Source of the DNA: Bdellovibrionota bacterium
Lineage (GTDB): Bacteria; Bdellovibrionota_C; UBA2361; JBGSMV01
DNA: 43,968 bases
Direction of reading: 5' to 3'
Assembly: GCA_044356455.1 (NCBI GenBank)
Contig: JBIKWF010000028.1
Span: 1 to 43,968, forward strand
Under the pieces are notes generated by a model, which was not told the origin of the DNA, ran no database searches, and saw only the letters and a list, made by a program, of their open reading frames with translations. Positions 35,595-43,968 of this stretch are shown one piece after another. The position numbers and the translations under genes were made by a program. Each line of letters starts with the position of its first letter. Within the stretch, counting starts at the first letter, position 1.

Positions 35595-36275
35595 TTACTG
35601 TACTAGTTGGGGCATAAACTTAAGCGCCGCGGAACGTACCGAGGCATCATTCTCGCGAGTACTCCCCTTCTCAAGCTTTTCACGTGCCAAAAGGAGCGCC
35701 GCCGCAATAAGCTCCTGCTCAACTTGTTGCTCAACCGATCGCCGCTCGGCGGAGATAGAGTCCGCTGCCTGCTGCGCAATTCTAAGAGCGCGCTGCCGAG
35801 CGTCTTCTCCAATTGCGGCAACTTCGGACTCTGTCTCGGTTCGAATCTCCTTCTGGATCCGAACAATCTCTCCGTCTACTCCGGCAAGCTTCTTCTCTAC
35901 AACTGCGAATTCGGCCTGAGCCGCTTCAAGTGCGCGGGCTCCCGAAAGCACTCGGTCTTCAATTGCAGAGCGGCGGGCGGCATAGCCTTTTACAAGCGGC
36001 TTACGAGCTACCAAGTAAACAAGGAAGCAATAGAGCCCAAAGTTAATCCAGAATTTTCCGAGTCCACTAACGAACTCACCGAAAGGCGGAGGAACCACGG
36101 AGTGTCCGCTGCCATGAGCCGAGCCAGCAGCAAAAACAGTTGATGGAACAAAGAGGAAAATTGCGACGATCAGCAGCGTAGCAATTGCGAGAACGAAATA
36201 TGAGCTGATGAAGAGCTCACCTTGCATACCTTTCGTGTCTTGGAGATTACGTGACATCTGGAATTTTCCTAGCAT
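35595..36275 (-). CDS. atpF: ATP synthase b subunit with an N-terminal signal-like extension
   Basis: WINF..Y..LVYL..KP...Y..RR..IE followed by a coiled coil. The start may be the ATG at 36227. Confidence 0.85.
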   Translation of the reverse strand: MLGKFQMSRNLQDTKGMQGELFISSYFVLAIATLLIVAIFLFVPSTVFAAGSAHGSGHSVVPPPFGEFVSGLGKFWINFGLYCFLVYLVARKPLVKGYAARRSAIEDRVLSGARALEAAQAEFAVVEKKLAGVDGEIVRIQKEIRTETESEVAAIGEDARQRALRIAQQAADSISAERRSVEQQVEQELIAAALLLAREKLEKGSTRENDASVRSAALKFMPQLVQ

Positions 36276-36341
36276 TTCAGTTCAATGATACTATCGCTCT
36301 CTAGCACCGCCCCTGCCTAAAAGTCTCAAGGCTCGCTTTAG

Positions 36342-36803
36342 TTACTGCACCGCAAAAGCGCTCTTTGCCTTATCCGCCATAGCTTGAGCCACACTCTCAG
36401 TCTCACGCAGAGCTTGAGATCGAAGCGTGTGAAGCTGAGTAGCGATTTCAGCACGAGCAGACTTGGTTTGCTCTTGCGCCTTGGCTTCAGCCTCTGCAAC
36501 AACCTTCGCTGCCGCAGCCTTTGCATTTGCAACTGCATCAAACTTTACTCGAAGAGACTTTACGCGCTCTTCGGTTAAACGATTCTCGTATTGCTCCGAC
36601 AGAGTCTTAGCTTTCTCGTGAAGCTCGTGCGCAGCTTCATCCGCTCCAATCGTTGCACGTTCTCGAGCCGCGACGAGCTCCGCGAAAGGAACAATCACGA
36701 GCTTTCCAAAAGTCTTCCAGAACAAAACGAACAACAGGGCGCCCACCACAATCATGGTGACGTCTGCGGGCACTAAGTCGAATTTTTTTAGAATCTCTTC
36801 CAT
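36342..36803 (-). CDS. ATP synthase b' subunit
   Basis: Single N-terminal TM segment, P...V..RE, A/E/K-rich coiled coil; first gene of the atp cluster. Confidence 0.85.
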   Translation of the reverse strand: MEEILKKFDLVPADVTMIVVGALLFVLFWKTFGKLVIVPFAELVAARERATIGADEAAHELHEKAKTLSEQYENRLTEERVKSLRVKFDAVANAKAAAAKVVAEAEAKAQEQTKSARAEIATQLHTLRSQALRETESVAQAMADKAKSAFAVQ

Positions 36804-37053
36804 GACCCTTCTACAAAGAAACGCTTTCCTACTTCTCGTTCCCGCTTCGCACCGCGAAAGTCGACACTACGAAGGTCGACACTGCGAACGGCGGAACATC
36901 GCCTCAAGACACCTTCCCCGACTCAAGTCCTCGCATCTCAAAGCAAGAACCCAAGCTAAACAGGGAACTATATTTTCGAACTCACTAACTGCGGAGCGCG
37001 TCCCTCAGAAACAAAGAGATTGTCCCTGGACCAAACTCCTAGGCGCCACTCTA

Positions 37054-37536
37054 TTAGGCGGCTGCGCCAACTTTATCTCCGCCCGCTGGCCGAGCACCTG
37101 CGCCTTTTGCATCGCCTGGCTTTGCAGCGGCTCCCATCGAAGCTTTACCTTCGAAGATAACGCCCTCTTCAATACTGAGATTTGTGCAGTTGATATTCCC
37201 AATGACGCGCGCGGGGCGCTTTAGGGAGAGCCTCTTTGAGGCAGTAATATCGCCGTTAACGGTCCCCTTCACCAAGATTTCGCCGCCGGAGATTCTTGCA
37301 TTTATTACTGCAGATTCCCCAATCGTGAGACGATCTTGCGCAACCACCTCTCCCTCGACGTAACCGTCAAGCTCTACAGGGCCGCTAAAGGTGAGCGTTC
37401 CAACTACTTTGGATCCCTTGCCTAAAAAGGCTTCAACTTTATCAGTGCCGCCCGCAAGAGCAGAAGGAAGCCCCGAGGCAATACCAGAGGAGCCTGCAGA
37501 TGAACCTGATCCAAACGAGCCAGTTGAAGTTGTCAT
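37054..37536 (-). CDS. Bactofilin (polymer-forming cytoskeletal protein)
   Basis: FLGKGSKVVGTLTFSG.VELDG.VEGEV...LTIGESAVINA.I...G.V.GDI...GNI....LSIEEGVIFEG beta-helix repeats. Confidence 0.92.
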   Translation of the reverse strand: MTTSTGSFGSGSSAGSSGIASGLPSALAGGTDKVEAFLGKGSKVVGTLTFSGPVELDGYVEGEVVAQDRLTIGESAVINARISGGEILVKGTVNGDITASKRLSLKRPARVIGNINCTNLSIEEGVIFEGKASMGAAAKPGDAKGAGARPAGGDKVGAAA

Positions 37537-37707
37537 GAGAGCAATTTCCTCACCACGTTAGTTCGTTCTGGGCAAACTCGCTGCGAACGCATTCCTTAGG
37601 AACACAGTACGCAAGACGCACACTATCCGCGCCCACCCCGTTAAGGCGTGCGAAGACTACTCGGTACGTACCTAAAAATCAAATACTAGAGGGGCTAACT
37701 GCTTACT

Positions 37708-38730
37708 TTAGTTACGACAAAGATGCTCAACGAGGCGGTCGAGCTCAGCCTCAGAAAAGTACTCTATCTCTATTCGCCCGGCGCCTGCTTTGCCGTGCTT
37801 TAGGGAGACCTTAGTCGCCAGGGCCCCGCGCAGCCGATCGACAACTTCGGGGAACGGTGAGTCCTCGCCGGCACCAGCCCCCTTCCCTTTCGCCCGCCTC
37901 CCGCTATCTAAGACTACCACTCGCGAAACAATTGCCTCCAAGTCTCGGACGGAGAGGTCCTCCTTGAGCACTTTTCGGGCTAGGCTGGTTTGGGCAGTTG
38001 GTTCCTTGACCGAGAGAATGGCTTTCGCGTGGCCGGTCGAAAGCTCGCCTTTTCTAACAAGTTCAAGTACTTCGGCTGGAAGCTTAAGAAGCCGGAGAAA
38101 ATTCGCTACGCTCGCCCTATCCTTCCCTACTCTCTCTGCAACTTCCTGCTGGCCCAGATTGAACTCTTGCAGGAGGCGCTGATAAGCAATTGCTTGCTCG
38201 ACAGGATTGAGGTTTTCACGCTGGACGTTCTCAACTATAGAAATCTCAAGTGTCTCCTTATCGGTGAGGTCCTTTACAATAACAGGCACCTCTAAGAGCC
38301 CCGCTCGCTGAGAAGCTCGCCACCTCCTCTCCCCTGCTACTATCTCAAAGGACCCCGAGTTGGCGGTGCTAGGGCGCACAAGGATCGGCTGTAGAACACC
38401 CAAGGTTCGAATTGAATCCGCGAGCTCTGAAAGCTCAGATTCTGAGAAGTCTTGCCTTGGCTGCTTTGGATTGGGGATGAGCTTCCCAACTGAGAGGAAT
38501 GTGACTCCGTGAGCGGAGCCAGGACTACCCGCGCTTGGGCCAGGCTCTACCGCCTCAACCCGCTCTGTTCTACCAGCCAGAACAGCGTTAGGCACGGTGC
38601 TACTACCATGCTCTACTTCGACTGCGCGAGAGAGCGGCACGGGGGCACTTGAAATTAGCGCGCTGAGTCCCCTTCCAAGTACGCTTCGCGGCTGAGTTTT
38701 TTGCTTTTTTTGTTCCATGACGTCATTCAA
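37708..38730 (-). CDS. parB: Chromosome partitioning protein ParB
   Basis: LGRGLSALI, PNPKQPRQDF, GVLQPILVR, AGERRWRA, ENVQRENL and HTH. The start may be the ATG at 38718. Confidence 0.96.
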   Translation of the reverse strand: MNDVMEQKKQKTQPRSVLGRGLSALISSAPVPLSRAVEVEHGSSTVPNAVLAGRTERVEAVEPGPSAGSPGSAHGVTFLSVGKLIPNPKQPRQDFSESELSELADSIRTLGVLQPILVRPSTANSGSFEIVAGERRWRASQRAGLLEVPVIVKDLTDKETLEISIVENVQRENLNPVEQAIAYQRLLQEFNLGQQEVAERVGKDRASVANFLRLLKLPAEVLELVRKGELSTGHAKAILSVKEPTAQTSLARKVLKEDLSVRDLEAIVSRVVVLDSGRRAKGKGAGAGEDSPFPEVVDRLRGALATKVSLKHGKAGAGRIEIEYFSEAELDRLVEHLCRN

Positions 38731-38806
38731 GATGCTATCTCGGTTATTATAAATTTTTGTGGGCAGTTGGCATTCTGCTTACTCTGAGCTCTTTAAAAAT
38801 CTAGAA

Positions 38807-38822
38807 TGTTCCACGTGGAACA
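38807..38822. promoter_or_regulatory. parS centromere site
   Basis: TGTTCCACGTGGAACA, a perfect match to the universal parS consensus, between parA and parB. Confidence 0.95.
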
Positions 38823-38836
38823 TTTTTAAATTATCG

Positions 38837-39670
38837 CTACCCGTTAGAAACAAGCTTATTGGGCGTCTCAGGAGCAGAGCCCGCCGCACGCCCACGAGCC
38901 ATCAAATCAGCAACTCTTGCCACAACTTCATCAGTCAGGGCTGCATACGCCTTGGCCCCAGCAGAGCTGTTATCGTACAGACAAATCGGCTTTGAATGGC
39001 TCGGGCATTCCGAGAGCTTAATGTTCCGCGGAATCTTCGTCTGGAACATTCCAGCCCCAAAGAACTGGCGTGCCTCGTTTTCAACCTGTACCGACAGGTT
39101 CGTGCGAGAGTCGAACATAGTCATGAACACACCAAGGACTCCGAGACCGGGGTTAAAGGTCTGCTTTACGAAATCAATGGTCCTTGAAATCGCGCTGATA
39201 CCTTCAAGCGCGTAGTATTCTGCCTGGAGGGGGATAAGCACTAGTTCCGCAGCCCCAAGTGCATTCAACGTAAGGAGACCGGAAGAGGGGGGACAATCTA
39301 TAATCACATAGTCATAGGACTCTCTAAGGAGGCTAAGCTCAGACTTGAGAATAAGCTCACGCCCCGGAGTCTTACCAAGTTCAATCTCAACCCCGACGAG
39401 ATCCGAGGAGGAGGGGGCAACATCGAGCCCCTTAATGATACTGGGGCGAATAATCTTTGAAAGAGAGGCTCTCCCAAAGAACATATCAAAGAGGTCTTCA
39501 CCGGCCTCTCGAAGCTCAACGCCAAGCCCGCTCGTAGCATTACCCTGAGGGTCGAAATCTACGAGCAAAGTTCGAAGCCCCTTAAGGCCCAGCTCCGCCG
39601 CAATACTTACCGCGCTAGTAGTCTTACCAACGCCGCCTTTCTGATTTGAAATTGCAATTATAGTACTCAC
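38837..39670 (-). CDS. parA: Chromosome partitioning ATPase ParA/Soj
   Basis: NQKGGVGKTT, DPQGNATSGLG, IDCPPS, QAEYYALEG, IPRNIKLSE.PS. Confidence 0.97.
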   Translation of the reverse strand: MSTIIAISNQKGGVGKTTSAVSIAAELGLKGLRTLLVDFDPQGNATSGLGVELREAGEDLFDMFFGRASLSKIIRPSIIKGLDVAPSSSDLVGVEIELGKTPGRELILKSELSLLRESYDYVIIDCPPSSGLLTLNALGAAELVLIPLQAEYYALEGISAISRTIDFVKQTFNPGLGVLGVFMTMFDSRTNLSVQVENEARQFFGAGMFQTKIPRNIKLSECPSHSKPICLYDNSSAGAKAYAALTDEVVARVADLMARGRAAGSAPETPNKLVSNG

Positions 39671-39732
39671 GTCACGAGTGCTATCACGCCTAGAGTCTAG
39701 AGGGGTAGGGGAATAAATGCCGATTTGGAAAA

Positions 39733-39748
39733 TGTTCCACGTGGAACA
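39733..39748. promoter_or_regulatory. parS centromere site
   Basis: TGTTCCACGTGGAACA inside a 26-bp perfect palindrome (39728-39753), upstream of parA. Confidence 0.95.
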
Positions 39749-39801
39749 TTTTCAAGAGGAGGGGGAGGGTGCACGAAGAAGGATTATGAAGGCGGCGCGT
39801 C

Positions 39802-40980
39802 CTATGAAGCATCAACGCGCTTTAGCACTTCTGCTAAAGCTCCAAGAGCACCATCTATTGTAGCCTCTGTATGTGCATGGTTTACAATGAATCGCACCAG
39901 CGCGAGCTCCGAGAGCAGCGTCCTTGTCTGCACAACATCGGCAAGCACCCCACGGGAGAATAGTCCCATAGCAATTTCTCGAGCCTTAGAAATACCTACA
40001 CAGGGAATGCTCACCACAGGGGAGTCAGTAACATCGGAAGAACTGTGAAGCAGCGCGGCAATCCCAGCCCTAAGTCTTTGAGCAAGAGCTGATAGACTGG
40101 CCCTTGCTCCTGGCATAACCTCAACCAAATCCAGGGCTACCGAAGCCGCTGCCGCAACAGCCGGAGTAGGGGAGCACTCAATCCCAATTGCGCGAGAGCG
40201 TTGAAGCACGTAGCTCACAAGCGTCGCGGGACCACACACGATTGCATTCTGGACGCCTAGTAGCGAGCTTAACTCACTGAACTTGCACGCTATTTTACTG
40301 CCTATCAGACTCTGCTCACGATCCGTTCCGCCCGCCCCCCTTGGACCAAGGCAACCAAGGCCAGCACTTTCGTCCACCCATAGCGCCGCACCTGCCTTCG
40401 AACAAAGGTCGGCCATGGGAGCAAGAGCGGTAAGATCCCCCGTAAGAGAAACAAGAGACTCAACAAGCACAATCTTGCGGCGAGCAAGGCGGTGGCGCTC
40501 AAGCTCAGCAGCTAAACTTGATAAACTGCGATGAGAAAACGTTCCAAAGCTCGCGCCCACTAAGAACGCAGCGTCAGCTGCTGGTGCCTGAAGCTGCTCC
40601 TCGGATATCACGACATCTCGCTCTCCGAGCACCGCGGTAAGAGTCGAGAAGACCGCCTGGTTCTTAGAGGAGAAGAGCAGGGCAGACTCAGTGCCAAAGA
40701 ACTTCGCGAAGCGCTCCTCGCACAAAACGTGCGCGGGAACCGATCCTGAGTTCGTGCGAGAAGACGCCGAGCCAACTCCTGAAAGCTCAAGTTCCTCGTG
40801 GGCTACGCGCTTTACTCGCTCATGCGAGCCCAAATTGAAATAATCCCAATTGGTAAAGTCAGACAGAATCCGGCCCCTCAGATCAATCTGACCGGCAAGG
40901 CGCTCGCGTCCCGCGTGAATCTCACGCGGCACAGAGGAAGCAAGCAGCACATCGAGTTCTCGTTTTAGATCCTGCAGCAT
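39802..40980 (-). CDS. Alpha-oxoamine synthase (BioF/KBL/SPT)-fold protein lacking canonical PLP residues
   Basis: DY..L, GVGSASSR, H..CEE.FA.F.G.E.AL.F, ES..S.TGD and G.LG..GAG follow the BioF layout, but DEAH reads DESA and TLSKA reads ELSSL. Confidence 0.75.
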   Translation of the reverse strand: MLQDLKRELDVLLASSVPREIHAGRERLAGQIDLRGRILSDFTNWDYFNLGSHERVKRVAHEELELSGVGSASSRTNSGSVPAHVLCEERFAKFFGTESALLFSSKNQAVFSTLTAVLGERDVVISEEQLQAPAADAAFLVGASFGTFSHRSLSSLAAELERHRLARRKIVLVESLVSLTGDLTALAPMADLCSKAGAALWVDESAGLGCLGPRGAGGTDREQSLIGSKIACKFSELSSLLGVQNAIVCGPATLVSYVLQRSRAIGIECSPTPAVAAAASVALDLVEVMPGARASLSALAQRLRAGIAALLHSSSDVTDSPVVSIPCVGISKAREIAMGLFSRGVLADVVQTRTLLSELALVRFIVNHAHTEATIDGALGALAEVLKRVDAS

Positions 40981-41026
40981 CTCACCTCAAAGGCGGAGGG
41001 CCGATTATAGTAGGAGAGTGAGTCTC

Positions 41027-42146
41027 CTACCCGTTAAGCTCTTCACTCATAAGATATGATTCAATGAATGAATCAATTTCGCCATCAAGAACATTCGCGA
41101 TGCTCGAAGTTTCGTAATCAGTCCTTAAGTCCTTCACCAACTGATAGGGCTGCATCACATAGGAGCGAATCTGACTTCCGAAGTCGATCTTCTTTCGCTC
41201 TCCCTGAATCGATTTCAGCTTACTTTCCTTTTCTTGGCGCTGAATTTCGAACAGTTTCGCGCGCAGTATCTGCATGGCCCGCGAGCGATTCTTGTGCTGC
41301 GAGCGCTCGTTCTGGCAAGCGACTACGATGCCTGACGGAATGTGCGTAATACGAATGGCACTATCCGTCTTATTAACATGCTGACCACCCGCCCCAGACG
41401 AGCGGTAGGTATCAACTTTCAAATCTTTGTCGTCGATGACCACTTCAACATCATCAGCAAGCTCAGGTGTCACCATTATCGAAGCAAACGAAGTATGCCT
41501 GCGCGCGTTAGAATCGAACGGGGAAATACGCACTAAACGATGAACCCCTGTCTCAGACCGCAAGTGACCGTAGGCGAACTCTCCTTGAATACTAAGCACG
41601 GCCCGCTTTATTCCCGCACCTTCTCCCGCTTGATAATCAAGCTCCTCGATGGCAAACCCCTTGCGCTCAGCCCAGCGCAAATACATACGCAGGAGCATCT
41701 CCGCCCAGTCCTGCGCCTCAGTGCCCCCTGAGCCTGCATTTACTTCAAGAATTGCATTAGAGCGGTCGAATTCTCCGCGCATCTTGCGGAGGAACTCTTG
41801 TTTATCGACAAGCGTTTGAAGCTTTGATGTGAGGTTATAGGCTTCCTGAAGAAAGTCTTGGTCGCCTGATTCCCGGCTAATCTCGAGGGCGGCATTCGCC
41901 TCCCCGTGGAGATTCTCTAAAACTTTGAAGCTATCGAGCACGGCCTGATTCTCTGAGCGCTCCTTCATGACCACCTTGGCCTGCTCGGAGTCGTTCCAGA
42001 GATCAGATTGGGAAGTGAGGGCTTCAAGTTCCGCTATGCGACGCTCTTTTGATTCAACGTCAAAGAAACCCCCTCAGGGCGCCAATCCGCTCCTTGAGTT
42101 GAGAGAGTTTACTCCTGCATTCACCGGCGTCGAGAATCTGGACCAT
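41027..42146 (-). CDS. prfB: Peptide chain release factor 2, translated via a programmed +1 frameshift
   Basis: SPF and GGQ motifs. The upstream ORF from ATG 42146 (MVQILDAGEC...LRGFL) ends in CTT TGA C; the +1 frame continues DVESKERRIAELE..DLWND. Confidence 0.97.
42059..42074 (-). promoter_or_regulatory. prfB +1 frameshift cassette
   Basis: AGGGGG-TTT-CTT-TGA-C on the minus strand. Confidence 0.95.
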
Positions 42147-42256
42147 AGAAGCGATATCAATAAAGAAGGACTAACCTTTATAGCATAGACTACGAACGTT
42201 CTTCGAAGCCAGGTGTCTATCCCATACAAAACGCAAATGTTCGTTGAAAAGGAACT

Positions 42257-43462
42257 CTATTTAAGCTCTGGAAAGATTCGTTTTATTGCATCCCGCCAGT
42301 GGAGCAACCACAGATCCCCCTCTTTGCGGTTCTTTTCATCTCTAGAAACGAGCCAGGCTTCTGAGTCCTTAATTTCCTTGCTGACAGCTCGGGCATGCCG
42401 ACCCTGCTGAGAATCGGCGTGTTCTGTAGATTTAATCTCTATGAGGAGCAACTTCTCACCTGGGCGATCAATGATGAGGTCGACCTCTACGTCATCCTTA
42501 GTTCTTAAAAAGAAGAGCTTGAAACGCTTCCTTAAGTAACTGTTCAGGCGATAAATCTCGAGAATTACAAATTGCTCAAAACTCCTTCCGTAGCCGTAGC
42601 TTTGCGGCGTGCAGGGAACATTGAGAACGCCACTCAAAGCACGCTGAACACCTAAATCAAAAATATAAAACCTTGGGCTCTTACTTTGCTGTTGCCTCAC
42701 CGAACGATCGAAGCTTGGAATCATGACGCCAAGAAGAGTGTCTTCGAGAATTTGATAGTAACGTGCCACGGCCTTCTCGCCGACCTGACAGTCGCGAGCA
42801 ATGGAGGCGTAGTTTACCACCTGTCCGCTTGACTGAGCCGCCACTTCAAGAAATCGAGTAAAGGGATCCAATTGGCGAACTACCTGCTCCTCTCTAATTT
42901 CTTCTCGCAGGTAGGTCGCATAATAGCTATCTAAGAGCTCCCGGCGAGTAGCAATGTCCGGCTCAGTGACAATGTAGGGCAGAGTCCCCCAATTGAGCGC
43001 AGCGTCTAGATCAAATTCGTCTCCAATCTCAAACGAAGTGAGCGGATAAAGGCTATTCACTAAGGCGCGGCCGCCTAGGAGGTTTGCCCCGCCACGCTTC
43101 AATTTTCTAGCGCTCGATCCCGTAAGGCCAAAAAAAATCTTGGAATGCCCCTCTTTGCTTTCCAAAATTCTATGCACTTCATTAAGAAGCTGAGGGACTC
43201 TCTGAATCTCATCAATTATGATCCACTGTGGGAATTCAGATTTCTCTGAAAGAAGAGAGCCTGAAAGAAGAGAGATAGCCTGCGAGTACAATAATCCCGG
43301 GGTCTTCTGGTAGGTAACGAAATCTCGGTCTCTTAGAAGATCAATCCAAAGCAGCGCGCTCGATTCAAAAAGTTCCCTCAAGAGGTAGGATTTACCGGTG
43401 CCACGAGCCCCAAACAAGAAAAAACTTCTTGTTTTCAATATGTTGGCGAGTCGCGTATACAT
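42257..43462 (-). CDS. AAA+ ATPase (AAA_14/DUF4143 type) with a C-terminal PD-(D/E)XK-like motif
   Basis: GARGTGKS, IIDEIQRVP, TGSSARKL, LGGRA, KSPRFYIFDLGV, FEQFV, EVDLII...IEIK. Confidence 0.88.
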   Translation of the reverse strand: MYTRLANILKTRSFFLFGARGTGKSYLLRELFESSALLWIDLLRDRDFVTYQKTPGLLYSQAISLLSGSLLSEKSEFPQWIIIDEIQRVPQLLNEVHRILESKEGHSKIFFGLTGSSARKLKRGGANLLGGRALVNSLYPLTSFEIGDEFDLDAALNWGTLPYIVTEPDIATRRELLDSYYATYLREEIREEQVVRQLDPFTRFLEVAAQSSGQVVNYASIARDCQVGEKAVARYYQILEDTLLGVMIPSFDRSVRQQQSKSPRFYIFDLGVQRALSGVLNVPCTPQSYGYGRSFEQFVILEIYRLNSYLRKRFKLFFLRTKDDVEVDLIIDRPGEKLLLIEIKSTEHADSQQGRHARAVSKEIKDSEAWLVSRDEKNRKEGDLWLLHWRDAIKRIFPELK

Positions 43463-43501
43463 ATGTCAGAAATATCCGATATTTCTGACATATGTATACG
43501 C
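43453..43501. promoter_or_regulatory. Perfect 49-bp palindrome over the AAA ATPase start codon
   Basis: gcgtatacatatgtcagaaatatc-c-gatatttctgacatatgtatacgc. The palindrome is certain; a regulatory role is inferred. Confidence 0.6.
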
Positions 43502-43564
43502 ATCATGGGAAGCCGTCAAGCTGCGGAGTGCCTCCGGGACGGGACAGGCTCATCACTATCAAAC

Positions 43565-43968
43565 TCAAGTCTTACTGAACTTTCCTCCCTTAAGGATCCG
43601 TCTTTTGAAAACCGGACTTTGAGCTATTCCAAGAAGGGTAGGGGCTGCTGCGCGGTGTCGCTTGAAAAGTCGTTTTTCTATTCGTCTCATTAGTTGGGCC
43701 TCCTTCGACGAGACGCCTTCATGGTCATACCCGAGCAGATGCAAGGTGCCATGGATAAGAAGCCTCAAAAGCTCTTCTGACTCACTCCAGCGATACCGCT
43801 TGGCCTGAACGACTACGGTATCCAAGGAAATCACCAAATCGCCCAGCGTATGCTCCATGCCTGGCTGGGCGAGCTCAGCTGCACTTAGTCCCTCGAGTGC
43901 AGCAAAGGAAAGTACATCCGTAGGCTTATCCTTTGCTCGATACGATGAATTGAGGGCCTGCATTTCCT
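43565..43968 (-). CDS. ybeY: rRNA maturation endoribonuclease YbeY (5' end outside the window)
   Basis: LN..YR.KDKPTDVLSF, LGDLVIS, HGTLHLLGYDHE. Confidence 0.93.
   Translation of the reverse strand, partial: EMQALNSSYRAKDKPTDVLSFAALEGLSAAELAQPGMEHTLGDLVISLDTVVVQAKRYRWSESEELLRLLIHGTLHLLGYDHEGVSSKEAQLMRRIEKRLFKRHRAAAPTLLGIAQSPVFKRRILKGGKFSKT

Noticed and set aside
39671..39801. oriC near parA
   Set aside because: No DnaA-box cluster (TTATCCACA-like) or extended AT-rich unwinding region seen

Overview
Bacterial chromosomal window, probably near the replication origin. Gene order suggests a delta-proteobacteria/Bdellovibrionota/Myxococcota-like lineage (inference: parA-parB-bactofilin followed by atpF'-F-H-A-G-D-C without atpB/atpE). 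Housekeeping content: wbpB/wbpD-like sugar genes, lhgO, prepilin peptidase, mlaEFDC, rlmE, pcrA/uvrD, hrpB, a PhzF-family gene, vapBC, an inositol monophosphatase, the ATP synthase cluster, parAB with two perfect parS sites, prfB with its programmed +1 frameshift, an AAA/DUF4143-type ATPase and a partial ybeY. The accessory layer is more unusual. (1) A frameshifted GxxExxY (PD-(D/E)XK-like) gene is bracketed exactly by a perfect 24-bp inverted repeat built from 9-nt units, and gene-less palindromes of the same architecture occur at six other intergenic sites; this may be a nuclease-plus-satellite-repeat system. (2) A 69-aa ORF near the atp operon matches the inhibitory helix of mitochondrial IF1 without gaps. 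(3) Two tandem orphan paralogs carry an apparently inactivated XerC-like segment. (4) There is a circularly permuted EEP enzyme and a BioF/SPT-like protein lacking the PLP lysine. (5) A 261-bp MITE occurs twice, and GTAG-type REPINs and other elements are stacked after pcrA. All family assignments come from reading motifs by eye; no searches were run.
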